Of a DNA stretch of 64,000 nucleotides, positions 47,226 through 57,292 are shown one piece after another. Origin of the DNA: an uncultured Clostridia bacterium (GTDB taxonomy: Bacteria; Bacillota; Clostridia; TANB77; CAG-508); NCBI GenBank assembly GCA_948485625.1, contig CAOMRW010000009.1, positions 272-64,271 on the forward strand. Direction: 5' to 3'. Numbering within the stretch: the first letter of the stretch is position 1; each line of letters begins with the position of its first letter. Both the position numbers and the translations under genes were made by a program. The notes under the pieces were generated by a model. It searched no databases. It worked only from the letters and a program-made list of their open reading frames with translations, and was not told the DNA's origin.

Positions 47226-48145
47226 CTTATACCCTCCAAAATAACATCTATATTATTTTGTATATCATTTGTTCCATCAATCCATATTGTTTGTTTATTT
47301 TTCCTAAACCACGTCAATTGTCTTTTTGCATATCTTCTTGTTTCCATTTTTATTTTTTCTATCATTTCATCTTTTGTATAACTGCCATTTAAATAATCAA
47401 CTACTTCCTTATATCCTAACCCTTGCATTGCAGTTGGAAAATTATGATATTTTTTTAAAATTGCCTTCACTTCTTCTACCAGTCCTTGCTCTATCATTAT
47501 ATCAACTCTCTTATTTATTCTTTGATATAAAACTTCCCTATCCCAATTAATTGCAAAAACTTTATAATCATATTCTACAGGATTTCTTCTTGACTCTATT
47601 TCTTGTTCAGTTTTTGTTTTCCCTGTTGACTTATATATTTCCAAAATTCTCATAATTCTCTTTTTATCATTCTGACTTATCTTCTCCATAGCAATCGGGT
47701 CAATCTCTAATGCCATTTGATATAATTTATCTAGACCTTGCTCCTCTATAACTCCCTCTAGCTCTTTTCTATAATCCTCATCTATTTTTATATCATTATA
47801 CTCAATTTCATAAATTAGACTATCAACATACAATCCAGTCCCACCAACAACTATTGGAACTTTCCCCTTAGATAATATTTCCTTTATAGCATTTTTAGCA
47901 TCTAATTTATATTGAGCAACACTATACCTTTCCTCTGGCGAAACAAAGCCCAAAAGATAATGTTTTATTCCTTGCATTTCCTCTTCAGATGGTTTTGCTG
48001 TTCCAATATCCATATCTTCATATATCTGCATCGAATCACATGATATTATTTCCCCATTAACTCTCTTTGCAAGTTCAATTGAAAGAGCTGTCTTCCCTGA
48101 AGCTGTTGGTCCACATATCACTATTACTTTTTGTTTATTTTCCAC
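47222..48145 (-). CDS. miaA: tRNA dimethylallyltransferase
   Basis: P-loop ICGPTASGKTALSIELA, DSMQIYEDMDIGTAKP, VGGTGLY. Confidence 0.9.
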   Translation of the reverse strand: MENKQKVIVICGPTASGKTALSIELAKRVNGEIISCDSMQIYEDMDIGTAKPSEEEMQGIKHYLLGFVSPEERYSVAQYKLDAKNAIKEILSKGKVPIVVGGTGLYVDSLIYEIEYNDIKIDEDYRKELEGVIEEQGLDKLYQMALEIDPIAMEKISQNDKKRIMRILEIYKSTGKTKTEQEIESRRNPVEYDYKVFAINWDREVLYQRINKRVDIMIEQGLVEEVKAILKKYHNFPTAMQGLGYKEVVDYLNGSYTKDEMIEKIKMETRRYAKRQLTWFRKNKQTIWIDGTNDIQNNIDVILEGIS

Positions 48146-48209
48146 TTTGTTCCTCCTTTCTTTTTACCTAATTCATTATCCATTTAAATTTACATATATA
48201 TTATTCAAC

Positions 48210-48284
48210 ATGTGTCCCCAATTGGACAAAAATGTCCCAAAGGGACTGTCCCCTTGGGACACTTTTGTCCAATTGGGGACACAT
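48210..48284. repeat. 75-bp near-perfect palindrome of GTCCC/GGGAC words
   Basis: ATGTGTCCCCAATTGGACAAAAATGTCCCAAAGGGAC T GTCCCCTTGGGACACTTTTGTCCAATTGGGGACACAT. 35 of 37 symmetric positions pair (checked base by base); centre at 48247. Confidence 0.9.
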
Positions 48285-48293
48285 CTTTTATTT

Positions 48294-48743
48294 CTACTTA
48301 TGTATCATATTTAATATTCCTTGTTGTATATTTCCCAAATATATAACTTCAAATATTGTTACAATAACAATTATAATTAATAATATTATAATACTTCTTA
48401 CTAATTTTTCTTTTTCAATTTCTTCATTATTTATTTGGTCTAATTTTTTAAAAATATAGGGTAATATTATATATCCATTTATTATTGTAAATAATATTAC
48501 AAATACATTTCTTATTATATTCATTACAGATTTATCTTCATATGTAATTCCTATTTTAGATATATTATATATTATAAATGTTACAACATATATAGCAATC
48601 ACCCCAATAATCATGCATATAACTTTAGTCTTCTTTTCTACGCTTCCTAAGCTAGTCCACATCCAACCAATTAAAACTAAAAGTAAAACAATTACTATCA
48701 TCAAAATTGCTGTCATATTTATCTCCTTACTATTTTCTTGCAA
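48294..48743 (-). CDS. hypothetical integral membrane protein (4 predicted TM segments)
   Basis: 149 aa, hydrophobic. Its start overlaps the mutL stop by 14 nt. Confidence 0.5.
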   Translation of the reverse strand: MQENSKEINMTAILMIVIVLLLVLIGWMWTSLGSVEKKTKVICMIIGVIAIYVVTFIIYNISKIGITYEDKSVMNIIRNVFVILFTIINGYIILPYIFKKLDQINNEEIEKEKLVRSIIILLIIIVIVTIFEVIYLGNIQQGILNMIHK

Positions 48744-51069
48744 ATTTTCTTTCTATATCATATTTAGTCATTTTTATAGCTGTTGGTCTTCCATGTGGAC
48801 ATGTAAATGGATTTGGCAATTCTAATAGTTTATTCATCAAACTTTCTACCTCTTCTGTTGTTAAAACCATATTAGCTTTAACAGCAGCTTTACATGCTAC
48901 AGTCGCTATAAATTTTTCTTCTTTTTCTTGTTTCGCTGTTCTTGCTACAGTGTTTATTTCATCTAATGTTTCTAAAAATAGTTCTTTATTGTCTATATCG
49001 ATACATACTGTTGGCACACCTGTTAATTTTATTGTATTTTCTCCAAATTCTTCTAAACTAAATCCAGCTTTTTCAAACATATTTATATTGTCTTTTGCTA
49101 TTTCCATTTCTTTATGTGAAAGTGTTATTATATCTGGTAATAATAACATTTGTGAGTCTTTTGATGTATCACTATAATAATTCTTTTTAACTTTTTCATA
49201 CATAATTCTTTCATGTGCTGCATGTTGATCTAATATATACATTTCTTTATCTATTTCTATTATTATATACGTATTAAATACAATACCTATAAATTTATAT
49301 GTAGGTTTATTATATTCCTCAACATCTTCAAATACAGATATATTATCTTTTGCTAAATCAACTGTTATAGTATCAATATTTTGAATATTATTTGAATCTT
49401 CTTCTGTATTATTAGATATTGGTTTTGTTCCAAATAATTTTGTATACATTTCATTAAAATCTACTTTTACATCTTTATCATATTGTATACTTTCTAATTC
49501 TTTTATTTGTTCTTTTATTTCTTCAAGTTTTTCTTTAGGTGTTTCTTTTTCTTCTATATCTTCTACTATAACATTTTCTTCTATTTTTTCTAATATTACT
49601 TCTTTATTTTCTTCATCTGTATTTTTCTCTATATTAATTATTTCATCTTCCTCTTGTTGCTCTTCTATATCCTTATTTATGAGTTCTTTTTCCACACTTT
49701 GTTCTTCTTCTGTGTTTATCTCACTATTTTGTAAAACTACATCTTCGTTTTCATTTTGATTTTGAACTTGATTTTGATTTTTTATTTTTTCTTCATTTTC
49801 TTTTATATTATCTTGCATTCCAATATAATTTTCATTTAGTTTTATACTTGGATCTTCTTCAACTTGTCTTTCTAAATCTTGTTGCATTTTTCTAAGTTGT
49901 TCCAAAACATCAGCTGTGTTTATTGGTCCACCTTGTCCAACATTTATTACATTTGTTTTTATTTTACTTTCTTCTTCATTATATTGTTCTATCTTTTTTG
50001 TTTCATTTTTTCTAAAATCAAATAAACTTTCTGATTTTGTTTCTTCTTTTTCATCTTGGCTTTCTGTATTTGCAACTAACTCACTTTTTAATAAGATATC
50101 CTTTATTGCATGATAAATTGATTGAAAAATCTTATTTTCTTCTTCAAATCTAACTTCCAATTTTGCTGGATGAACATTTACATCAACTTTTGATGGATTC
50201 ATTTCTATATTTAATATTACAAATCCGAATTTTCCAATTGGAATTAGTCCTTTAAAAGCTTGTTCTGTCGCTACTGTTAATGTTTTATCTTTTATATATC
50301 TTTTATTTACAAAAAATAATTGGTTTGACCTATTTGACCTTGCTATTTCTGGTTTTCCTATTACTCCTGAAATTTGTATATCTTCATATATATAATTAAC
50401 TGGTAATATTCCATTAGCTACATCTTTTCCATATATACTATATATTACACTTTTTATATCTCCATTACCATTTGTTTGTATTACTGTTTTTCCTGTATTT
50501 ATTAATTTTATTGCTATATTAGGATTTACTAAAGCTATTCTTGTTATAACATCTTCTACATATCCAGATTCTGTATAATCTTTCTTTAAAAACTTATATC
50601 TTACTGGTGTATTAAAGAATAAATTTTTTACTGTAATTGATGTACCTGTCTGACATCCTACTTCTTCTTTTTCTAATATATTTCCTGCTTCTACAACTAC
50701 TTTATATCCTATATCTTGTCTTTCTGTTTTTGATATCATTTCAACATTTGCAATTGCTGCAATACTTGCTAATGCTTCTCCTCTAAACCCCATTGATGTT
50801 ACTAAATCTAAATCATCTGCACTTCTTATTTTACTTGTTGCATGTCTTTCAAATGCAATTTCTAAATCGTCTGAAGCAATACCTTTTCCATTATCAGTTA
50901 CTTTTATAAAAGATATTCCTCCATTTTTTATTTCTACTGTTATATTATTCGCTCCTGCATCTATTGAGTTTTCTACCATCTCTTTTATTACTGAAGCTGG
51001 TCTTTCAATAACCTCTCCTGCTGCTATTTTATTTATTGTTAAATCATCTAGTAATACTATATTTCCCAT
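48730..51069 (-). CDS. mutL: DNA mismatch repair protein MutL
   Basis: NKIAAGEVIERPASVIKEMVENSIDAG, GFRGEAL, C-terminal dimerisation domain (DQHAAHERI). Long E/N/Q-rich linker of about 200 aa. Confidence 0.9.
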   Translation of the reverse strand: MGNIVLLDDLTINKIAAGEVIERPASVIKEMVENSIDAGANNITVEIKNGGISFIKVTDNGKGIASDDLEIAFERHATSKIRSADDLDLVTSMGFRGEALASIAAIANVEMISKTERQDIGYKVVVEAGNILEKEEVGCQTGTSITVKNLFFNTPVRYKFLKKDYTESGYVEDVITRIALVNPNIAIKLINTGKTVIQTNGNGDIKSVIYSIYGKDVANGILPVNYIYEDIQISGVIGKPEIARSNRSNQLFFVNKRYIKDKTLTVATEQAFKGLIPIGKFGFVILNIEMNPSKVDVNVHPAKLEVRFEEENKIFQSIYHAIKDILLKSELVANTESQDEKEETKSESLFDFRKNETKKIEQYNEEESKIKTNVINVGQGGPINTADVLEQLRKMQQDLERQVEEDPSIKLNENYIGMQDNIKENEEKIKNQNQVQNQNENEDVVLQNSEINTEEEQSVEKELINKDIEEQQEEDEIINIEKNTDEENKEVILEKIEENVIVEDIEEKETPKEKLEEIKEQIKELESIQYDKDVKVDFNEMYTKLFGTKPISNNTEEDSNNIQNIDTITVDLAKDNISVFEDVEEYNKPTYKFIGIVFNTYIIIEIDKEMYILDQHAAHERIMYEKVKKNYYSDTSKDSQMLLLPDIITLSHKEMEIAKDNINMFEKAGFSLEEFGENTIKLTGVPTVCIDIDNKELFLETLDEINTVARTAKQEKEEKFIATVACKAAVKANMVLTTEEVESLMNKLLELPNPFTCPHGRPTAIKMTKYDIERKFARK

Positions 51070-51291
51070 TTTATATAATCCCTTTCTAATATATAAATCA
51101 TTTCTATTTAGTCTTTAATTTTTATTTTATTTGATGTTATTATATCATTAGTCTTTTTATTTTGTATAGTAATTTTTTAAAATTTCCCAATTTCTATTTT
51201 TAACAAAAAATGAACCTAATCATTAAACTTTTATGTTTAATAATTTAAGTTCATTGTATTACTATATATATAGTAGTTTATATTATTAATT

Positions 51292-51790
51292 TTAAGTATT
51301 TTCTTTTGTTAAATTATCATCAAATATTTTAAGTTCCTGTATAGCACATCCTCCTGAAGTTCCCTACGTCCATCCTCCTTTAGGAAAATATACTCTATAA
51401 TATTTATATGGATTTTTATTTTCAAGTTCTACATAATACCCATAAGAAAATTGTCCTGCATGATAACCTGTAGGAACCTCAGCATGAATTGTATCGCCCT
51501 CTATTTTTTCCCACTCAATACCATCATTACTAGCTTCCATATAAAATTCATATATATGGTATCCATGTTTCCCCATTATCTAAACTATAATAATTATCAA
51601 AATCATCACTTTGGTCATATTCTATTTCTATTTTTGGTATTTCTACTCCTGTTAATGTTAATTTAGGATACATACTTTCTTTTTTTATAGCAGGTTTATT
51701 AGGAGTTTTTAAATTAATTGTTTGTTTTTTTCTCTACTCCTGTTGTATTTTCAACTGTAACTATTGCCAATGGTAATTGAGAGCCATTCA
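51292..51790 (-). pseudogene. degraded remnant of a surface-protein gene (Ig-like segment plus F5/8 type C/discoidin-like domain)
   Basis: The fragments are in different frames. One is ...IEIEYDQSDDFDNYYSLDNGETWIPYI*. Another is GKHGYHIYEFYMEASNDGIEWEKI...YYRVYFPKGGWT-TAG-GTSGGCAIQELKIFDD. It has no N-terminus and starts right after the terminator of the upstream gene. Confidence 0.6.
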
Positions 51791-51800
51791 CCAAGATAAA

Positions 51801-51834
51801 AATAAGTTAAAAGTAAATTCACTTTTAACTTATT
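51801..51834 (-). terminator. terminator of the GLUG-repeat gene
   Basis: Perfect 14-bp stem AATAAGTTAAAAGT / ACTTTTAACTTATT with a 6-nt loop; U-rich downstream on the minus-strand RNA. Confidence 0.7.
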
Positions 51835-51899
51835 TTCTTGATTTTCTACATACAAAATTATATATTGGGGTTATTTTTTAACTATAAATATCTATATTT

Positions 51900-53897
51900 T
51901 TATTGGTTTTCTAATCCATCTATAATTGGATATCCATTATTTTTCTTTGCATCTATTTTCCATACTATTTCTTCTAATCCTGTGTTTAATAAATCTGCAA
52001 ATTCTTGTGTTTTCATCTCTTCTGCTGTTTTTTCTTCTCCATATGTATTATCTCCTGTTTTATATGTTCCTTCTATATAATAATTGTTTTCTATATTAAA
52101 TGCATCTGATACGTTTCGTCCAAGTACTCCTCCTACTTTTGTTACATTATCTCCTTTTATTTCTATCTTTCCTGTATTGTAATTATTCTTTATTGTTCCA
52201 CTTGAACCTGTTGCACTTAAATATCCAACTATTCCTCCTATTCCTTCAAAATCACTTTCTTCTCTTATGATACTTCCTGTATTATAACAACTTTCAATTG
52301 TTATAGCACTATTCATATATGTCACTCCACAAATTCCTCCTAAATCTCCTTTACCTCCTTTACTTATTATATTTCCTCTATTTATACTACTTTTTATTGT
52401 TCCAGATAGTGTTCCAGTAATTCCTCCAATAAAATCTCCATTTGCTACTATTAATCCTATATTATTACAATAATTAATATTTGTTTCTACAGAAGATCCA
52501 AGTATTCCTCCTACACAACCTGCATCCCCTATTACCATTCCACTATTATAACTATTTCTAACTGATGTTTTAACTGCATCACCAATAATTCCTCCAATTT
52601 TTTTTAAGTATCCATATACTTTACCTGTATTATATGAATTCATTAAATTTATTTTGTATGCTCCACCTACAATTCCACCAATTGCAACTTCTGAAAATTC
52701 ATAATCACTAGAATATTCCGAACTATTACAACCACTTACTTCACCATTATTAATACAATTATCAATGCATATTAAGTTTTCAGTCGTACTTTTTAAATAA
52801 CAATCACCTACAATTCCTCCTAGGTTACTTCCCCCATTTATCTTACCGTAATTAGTGCAATCAATAATTGAACCTTCTGTAATTACACCACATATTCCTC
52901 CAACTTCAAAAGAGTCATTATAAGATTGTTCCCCAGCAATTCCTGATATATACCCATTATTAGAACATTTTTTTACTAATCCTGAGCAAAGACCAACAAT
53001 ACCTCCAATCTGATAACCTGTACCAGTAACAATAGTATTAAAATTATTACAGTTTTCAATAGTACCTTTTATTACTCCTACAATTCCTCCTGTATTATTT
53101 ACTCCTTTTATATAACTATCTTTTACTGTTAGATTATATATCGAACCAGTAGTTGCTCCAAATATACCAACAGCATCTTTTTGTTCTGTAGTATTTACAT
53201 AAACTCCATTTATTTTGTGTCCATTTCCTTCAAATGTTCCTATAAAATTCAATTTTGTTGAATCGTGTCCACCTATATAATCCCATTGTGTTCCTTTTTC
53301 TAAAACCCCATCTGTTTGTCTTGCTCCTAAATCCAAATTATTTTCCAAATATACTATTGTGTCAGATGTAATTTCTACTCCTTCTTTTTCTTCCTCTGTC
53401 AAATTTCCATTTACAAAATCTGCAAAATACTTAAATTCACCTGTTGTATATATATGCCAATTTCTATTTTCATCTACTTGAGGTTTATTTTTACTTGTTC
53501 CATCCCATATATCTACTTTTCCGTTTTCTATACTTCCATCTTCATATACTGTTACTATATACCCATCTCTTGTTACATAACATACATCTTCATATTTTTC
53601 TCCTGCTACTACTACCTCTTCTATTACTTTATTTCCACCAATATCTTCTTCCAAATCTTCTTTTAATGTTGATTTATTTCCCATTTCATTTTTTATTTTT
53701 CTATTACCTAATGCAAGTACTACTTCTTCTTTTAAGTTTTCAAATTTAGTTTTATTTTTTGCATCTCCTGCCTTTTTTAATAATCCACTTCCTGTTAAAC
53801 TTGCTATTGATATTCCTGCTAAGATTAGTAATATTATTATTGTTATTACTAACGCTATTAATGTTATTCCTTTTTTGTTTTTAAATCTTTTATCCAT
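51900..53897 (-). CDS. pilin-like (prepilin-type N-terminus) surface protein with GLUG-motif repeats
   Basis: Start at ATG 53895-53897 behind GAGGAGGAGAAT (the ORF-track start at 54026 is rejected). MDKRFKNKKGITLIALVITIIILLILAGISIASL is followed by many G(G)IVG / IGGI(V/C)G GLUG-type repeats. Confidence 0.65.
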   Translation of the reverse strand: MDKRFKNKKGITLIALVITIIILLILAGISIASLTGSGLLKKAGDAKNKTKFENLKEEVVLALGNRKIKNEMGNKSTLKEDLEEDIGGNKVIEEVVVAGEKYEDVCYVTRDGYIVTVYEDGSIENGKVDIWDGTSKNKPQVDENRNWHIYTTGEFKYFADFVNGNLTEEEKEGVEITSDTIVYLENNLDLGARQTDGVLEKGTQWDYIGGHDSTKLNFIGTFEGNGHKINGVYVNTTEQKDAVGIFGATTGSIYNLTVKDSYIKGVNNTGGIVGVIKGTIENCNNFNTIVTGTGYQIGGIVGLCSGLVKKCSNNGYISGIAGEQSYNDSFEVGGICGVITEGSIIDCTNYGKINGGSNLGGIVGDCYLKSTTENLICIDNCINNGEVSGCNSSEYSSDYEFSEVAIGGIVGGAYKINLMNSYNTGKVYGYLKKIGGIIGDAVKTSVRNSYNSGMVIGDAGCVGGILGSSVETNINYCNNIGLIVANGDFIGGITGTLSGTIKSSINRGNIISKGGKGDLGGICGVTYMNSAITIESCYNTGSIIREESDFEGIGGIVGYLSATGSSGTIKNNYNTGKIEIKGDNVTKVGGVLGRNVSDAFNIENNYYIEGTYKTGDNTYGEEKTAEEMKTQEFADLLNTGLEEIVWKIDAKKNNGYPIIDGLENQ

Positions 53898-54305
53898 ATT
53901 CTCCTCCTCTTTTGTTTTTGCAGTTTCATTCTGCATACCAAATATAACATAATCAATTATCTTATTCAATCCATAATTTAATGCTATACATTTGTAAAAA
54001 TTATGACATACTTTTGTAATATTCAAATCATTTACTTTTTATTTGTATTATATATTTTCTTACTTATTAAAAACAATAAAAATAATTATTTTTATTAATC
54101 ACTTTTTAACATAATATTTCATATCTCTAGTAGAATCCTATTCTAACATATAACATCTTATTCTTAATATAATCACTTCAATATTAAAAATCTCTACACT
54201 AGAATATTTGAAAACACCTAGTAAAAAACCTCTAAAATGCACTCAAAACATTTTAAAGGTTTTCCTATCCTAACAATATAAAATATATTTATAAATTAAC
54301 AACAA

Positions 54306-54959
54306 TTATCTTTCAACATTATCAACTTTTTTCTCTAAATCTTCTTCAAATTTAGTAGTACAAACATAAGTTGATAACATATAAACTAATAACACTGAAG
54401 GAATAGTAAATTTTCCTATTGGCATTCTTGTAATAGCCATTATTCCTAATAAAACTAATTGTGCTAAAACAATTATTCCTATTGATTGTGTTAATACTTC
54501 AAAAGAATTTAATTTATTATATCTAACTACTAAATATACAATTATTATTCCTGTTACTATTGCAAATGGGACAATATATGGTTTTATAATATCTCTGCCT
54601 CTTACATGTGCAACTTCTTCTATTGTTATACTCTCTGCTTTTATTTCTGTTTCATATTTTTCATTTAATTTATTCACTAACTCTGTTTTTTGTTCTTCTG
54701 TAATATCTGCTACTGTTATACTTACAGCATCTTTATAAACTTCTATTGGCTGAACTATTACTAATTGTTCTCCAAATATTTCATTTGTTATTTCTCTTAT
54801 ATCTTTTTCTTCAAATTCTTTTCCTAAATTTACTTCAACTTTTTTATTATCTTGATATTTCAATTCAAAAGCCAATCCTTTTACAAATATCATAATAGTA
54901 CCTACAACTAATATGATAGCAATTAATGCCACTAAGATTTTTGTTTCTTTTTGTTTCAT
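54306..54959 (-). CDS. SecF-like membrane protein (short, divergent)
   Basis: 217 aa; TM1, a periplasmic-type domain, then TMs with VRYNKLNSFEVL... resembling SecF TM2-4. Lacks the usual C-terminal TMs. Confidence 0.45.
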   Translation of the reverse strand: MKQKETKILVALIAIILVVGTIMIFVKGLAFELKYQDNKKVEVNLGKEFEEKDIREITNEIFGEQLVIVQPIEVYKDAVSITVADITEEQKTELVNKLNEKYETEIKAESITIEEVAHVRGRDIIKPYIVPFAIVTGIIIVYLVVRYNKLNSFEVLTQSIGIIVLAQLVLLGIMAITRMPIGKFTIPSVLLVYMLSTYVCTTKFEEDLEKKVDNVER

Positions 54960-54973
54960 ATTTATTATACCTC

Positions 54974-56425
54974 CTATTTGTCTTCTACTTCTATTTTTAA
55001 TAAACTTCTTGTAATTACTGCATTATAAACTGCAATTAAACTTAATCCCCAGAATGATATCATTCCAAAACTACTTATAGGTATCCATTTTACAAAACAA
55101 AATGCTATTACCATTATACAAATTGGTATTATTCTATTAAAGAATTTTGTATAAGTTTCTATTATTGATTTATTTACTACATTATCATTTTTAATATTAT
55201 TTTTTATGATACTTAACAATATAAATGTAAATACATAATTCAATATTAACATACTAATAATTCCAAATATTGATTCTATTGATATTATTACATTTGCGTA
55301 TCTCAATAATAATACAAATAATGCTATAAATCCTATATATGCTAATCCTGATAATAATCCATTTAATTTAAATTTAGCTATTAAAACTATTATTGAAACT
55401 AATACTATTATTGAAATTACCATTACAATACATCCTAATTCTTCATCTGTTATATCTGATAATATATATTGATTTTTCTCTATGTCATATTTTATTGGTA
55501 AATTCCCATTATCCAATACTGTTGCTACACTTTGTGCTTGTACTATATAATCTTGTAATGTTGATGAATTTGTTGTTGCTGTCCCAATAGATAATTGTAT
55601 TTTTCCCATTGTTAATGGCTCATCAAAACTTGTTGACATTATTTCTTGGTCATCTATTTTCATTGTAACTTTTTTCTCTGTTGTTTCATTTTCACTACTA
55701 TTTTCTGTTGTTTCATTTGTAGTATTCTCTGTAGTTGTATTACTTTCCCCTGTTTTTATATATGTTCTGCTTATTTCTTCTAATTTTGTTTTTCCCTCTT
55801 TATTAAATGCTATTTCTAAATATACAGCTGTTCCTGTTGATGTTGTATTATATAATACATCTGATGATTTTATAGTACTATTATCTAATAAAACTTCTTT
55901 TGTTTGACTATCTATAAGTTCAAATTTTCCCATTGTTGTTAAATTTGCAACAACTGAATCTGTATTTAAATCTTCTGGTATTTCTATAATGATTTCTCCT
56001 GTTTTAGAGTTTAAAGAAATATTATAATTTTGAACTCCTAATGTTTTTAATCTTTTTTCTATTACATTTTTTGTTTTGTTATAATTTTCTTCTGTTTTTA
56101 CATCTTGACTATTATTAGGTACTTCTTCTTTTATATAACCTTTTTCTTTAATTTCTTCATCTGTTGCTTGCTCTATAATTTTCCCTTCACTATCTTTTAC
56201 AATTTCTTTTGTACTAGAACTAACTTTTAATTTTATTGTTCTTGCCCCATTTATATCCATACCATATGTATAGTCTTTTACTTTATTAGACACTTGATTT
56301 TTATTTTGTACATAAATACCAAAAAAACTTATCATTGATACTAATATAATTAAAAAAAATATTGTTAATATTTTAACTGTTTTTATTAGATTTTTATTAC
56401 TTACTTTTTTACTCTTCTCTTCCAT
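54974..56425 (-). CDS. SecD-like membrane protein (divergent)
   Basis: 483 aa; TM1, a large extracytoplasmic domain (GMDINGARTIKLKV resembles the LGLDLKGG region), and a C-terminal multi-TM bundle. Confidence 0.5.
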   Translation of the reverse strand: MEEKSKKVSNKNLIKTVKILTIFFLIILVSMISFFGIYVQNKNQVSNKVKDYTYGMDINGARTIKLKVSSSTKEIVKDSEGKIIEQATDEEIKEKGYIKEEVPNNSQDVKTEENYNKTKNVIEKRLKTLGVQNYNISLNSKTGEIIIEIPEDLNTDSVVANLTTMGKFELIDSQTKEVLLDNSTIKSSDVLYNTTSTGTAVYLEIAFNKEGKTKLEEISRTYIKTGESNTTTENTTNETTENSSENETTEKKVTMKIDDQEIMSTSFDEPLTMGKIQLSIGTATTNSSTLQDYIVQAQSVATVLDNGNLPIKYDIEKNQYILSDITDEELGCIVMVISIIVLVSIIVLIAKFKLNGLLSGLAYIGFIALFVLLLRYANVIISIESIFGIISMLILNYVFTFILLSIIKNNIKNDNVVNKSIIETYTKFFNRIIPICIMVIAFCFVKWIPISSFGMISFWGLSLIAVYNAVITRSLLKIEVEDK

Positions 56426-56440
56426 TTTCTTTCCTCCATA

Positions 56441-57100
56441 TTATAATAATTTTGTATCATTTATTACTAACTCAAACCATACTTTCAAAAATTTTGCAGC
56501 ATATTTACTCATCATTGTTCTTTCCATAAATATTTCAAAATAATCTAGTACTGGACATAATTTAGTATCTATTGTTAATTCTAATACTATTTTTCTTTCT
56601 TTTTCATCTATCATAAGATTTGCATTTGTTACAGCATAATTTACTCTATCATGTTTATCAAATGTTGATAAATTTTTATTTACAACTCTATCTCTATGTG
56701 CATCTGATTTATCTGCTAATATTAGTGCTGCTGATATATCACTTATTGCAGTCCCTGTATTTTCATCATGATTTCCTATTGCCATCATTATCTCTGTTCT
56801 CTCATCAACTGGCATTCCCATATCTTTTAAAATACTATTTGCTAAAATTGCACTATTATGTGCATGGTCTACTCTATTTATACAATTTCCTATATCGTGC
56901 ATATATCCTGCTATTCTTGCAAGTTCTATTGTTCTTTCTGGATATCCTAATTTCTCTAAAATATCTCCTGCTCTTTTTGAAACTATAGATATATGTCTAT
57001 GTCCATGCTCTGTATATCCTAAAGCATTTAATTGTTTTTGAGCTCCTCTAATTAATGCATCCACTTCTGGGTTTTCTTTAACATCTTTTAAAGTTATCAT
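56441..57100 (-). CDS. HD-domain phosphohydrolase
   Basis: HGHRH...MHDIGN...GNHDE motifs; 219 aa. Confidence 0.7.
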   Translation of the reverse strand: MITLKDVKENPEVDALIRGAQKQLNALGYTEHGHRHISIVSKRAGDILEKLGYPERTIELARIAGYMHDIGNCINRVDHAHNSAILANSILKDMGMPVDERTEIMMAIGNHDENTGTAISDISAALILADKSDAHRDRVVNKNLSTFDKHDRVNYAVTNANLMIDEKERKIVLELTIDTKLCPVLDYFEIFMERTMMSKYAAKFLKVWFELVINDTKLL

Positions 57101-57292
57101 TTGTTTCCTCCTTTTTGTCTTTTAGATTTTATATTAAATCAATAAAAATATCAACTGTTTTTTATGATTTTTTATTATTTATTATGTTGAATATTTTAGT
57201 TATTATTCAATAATTATCTTTTATGACAATTTATACTAAAGTATTTATTTTTGTTTAGCCTTATGATAAAATCATTTTCAGGAGGTACAATT

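Noticed and set aside
51364-51576. 70-aa ORF as an intact small gene
   Set aside because: It is an internal piece of a discoidin-like domain without an RBS. It continues past an in-frame TAG into AIQELKIFDD and is preceded by out-of-frame fragments. It is treated as part of a pseudogene.
53898-54026. 43-codon N-terminal extension of the GLUG-repeat protein
   Set aside because: The strong GAGGAGG RBS precedes the internal ATG at 53897. That start gives a Lys-rich leader plus hydrophobic segment, matching the N-terminus of the paralogous 3381-4988 protein.
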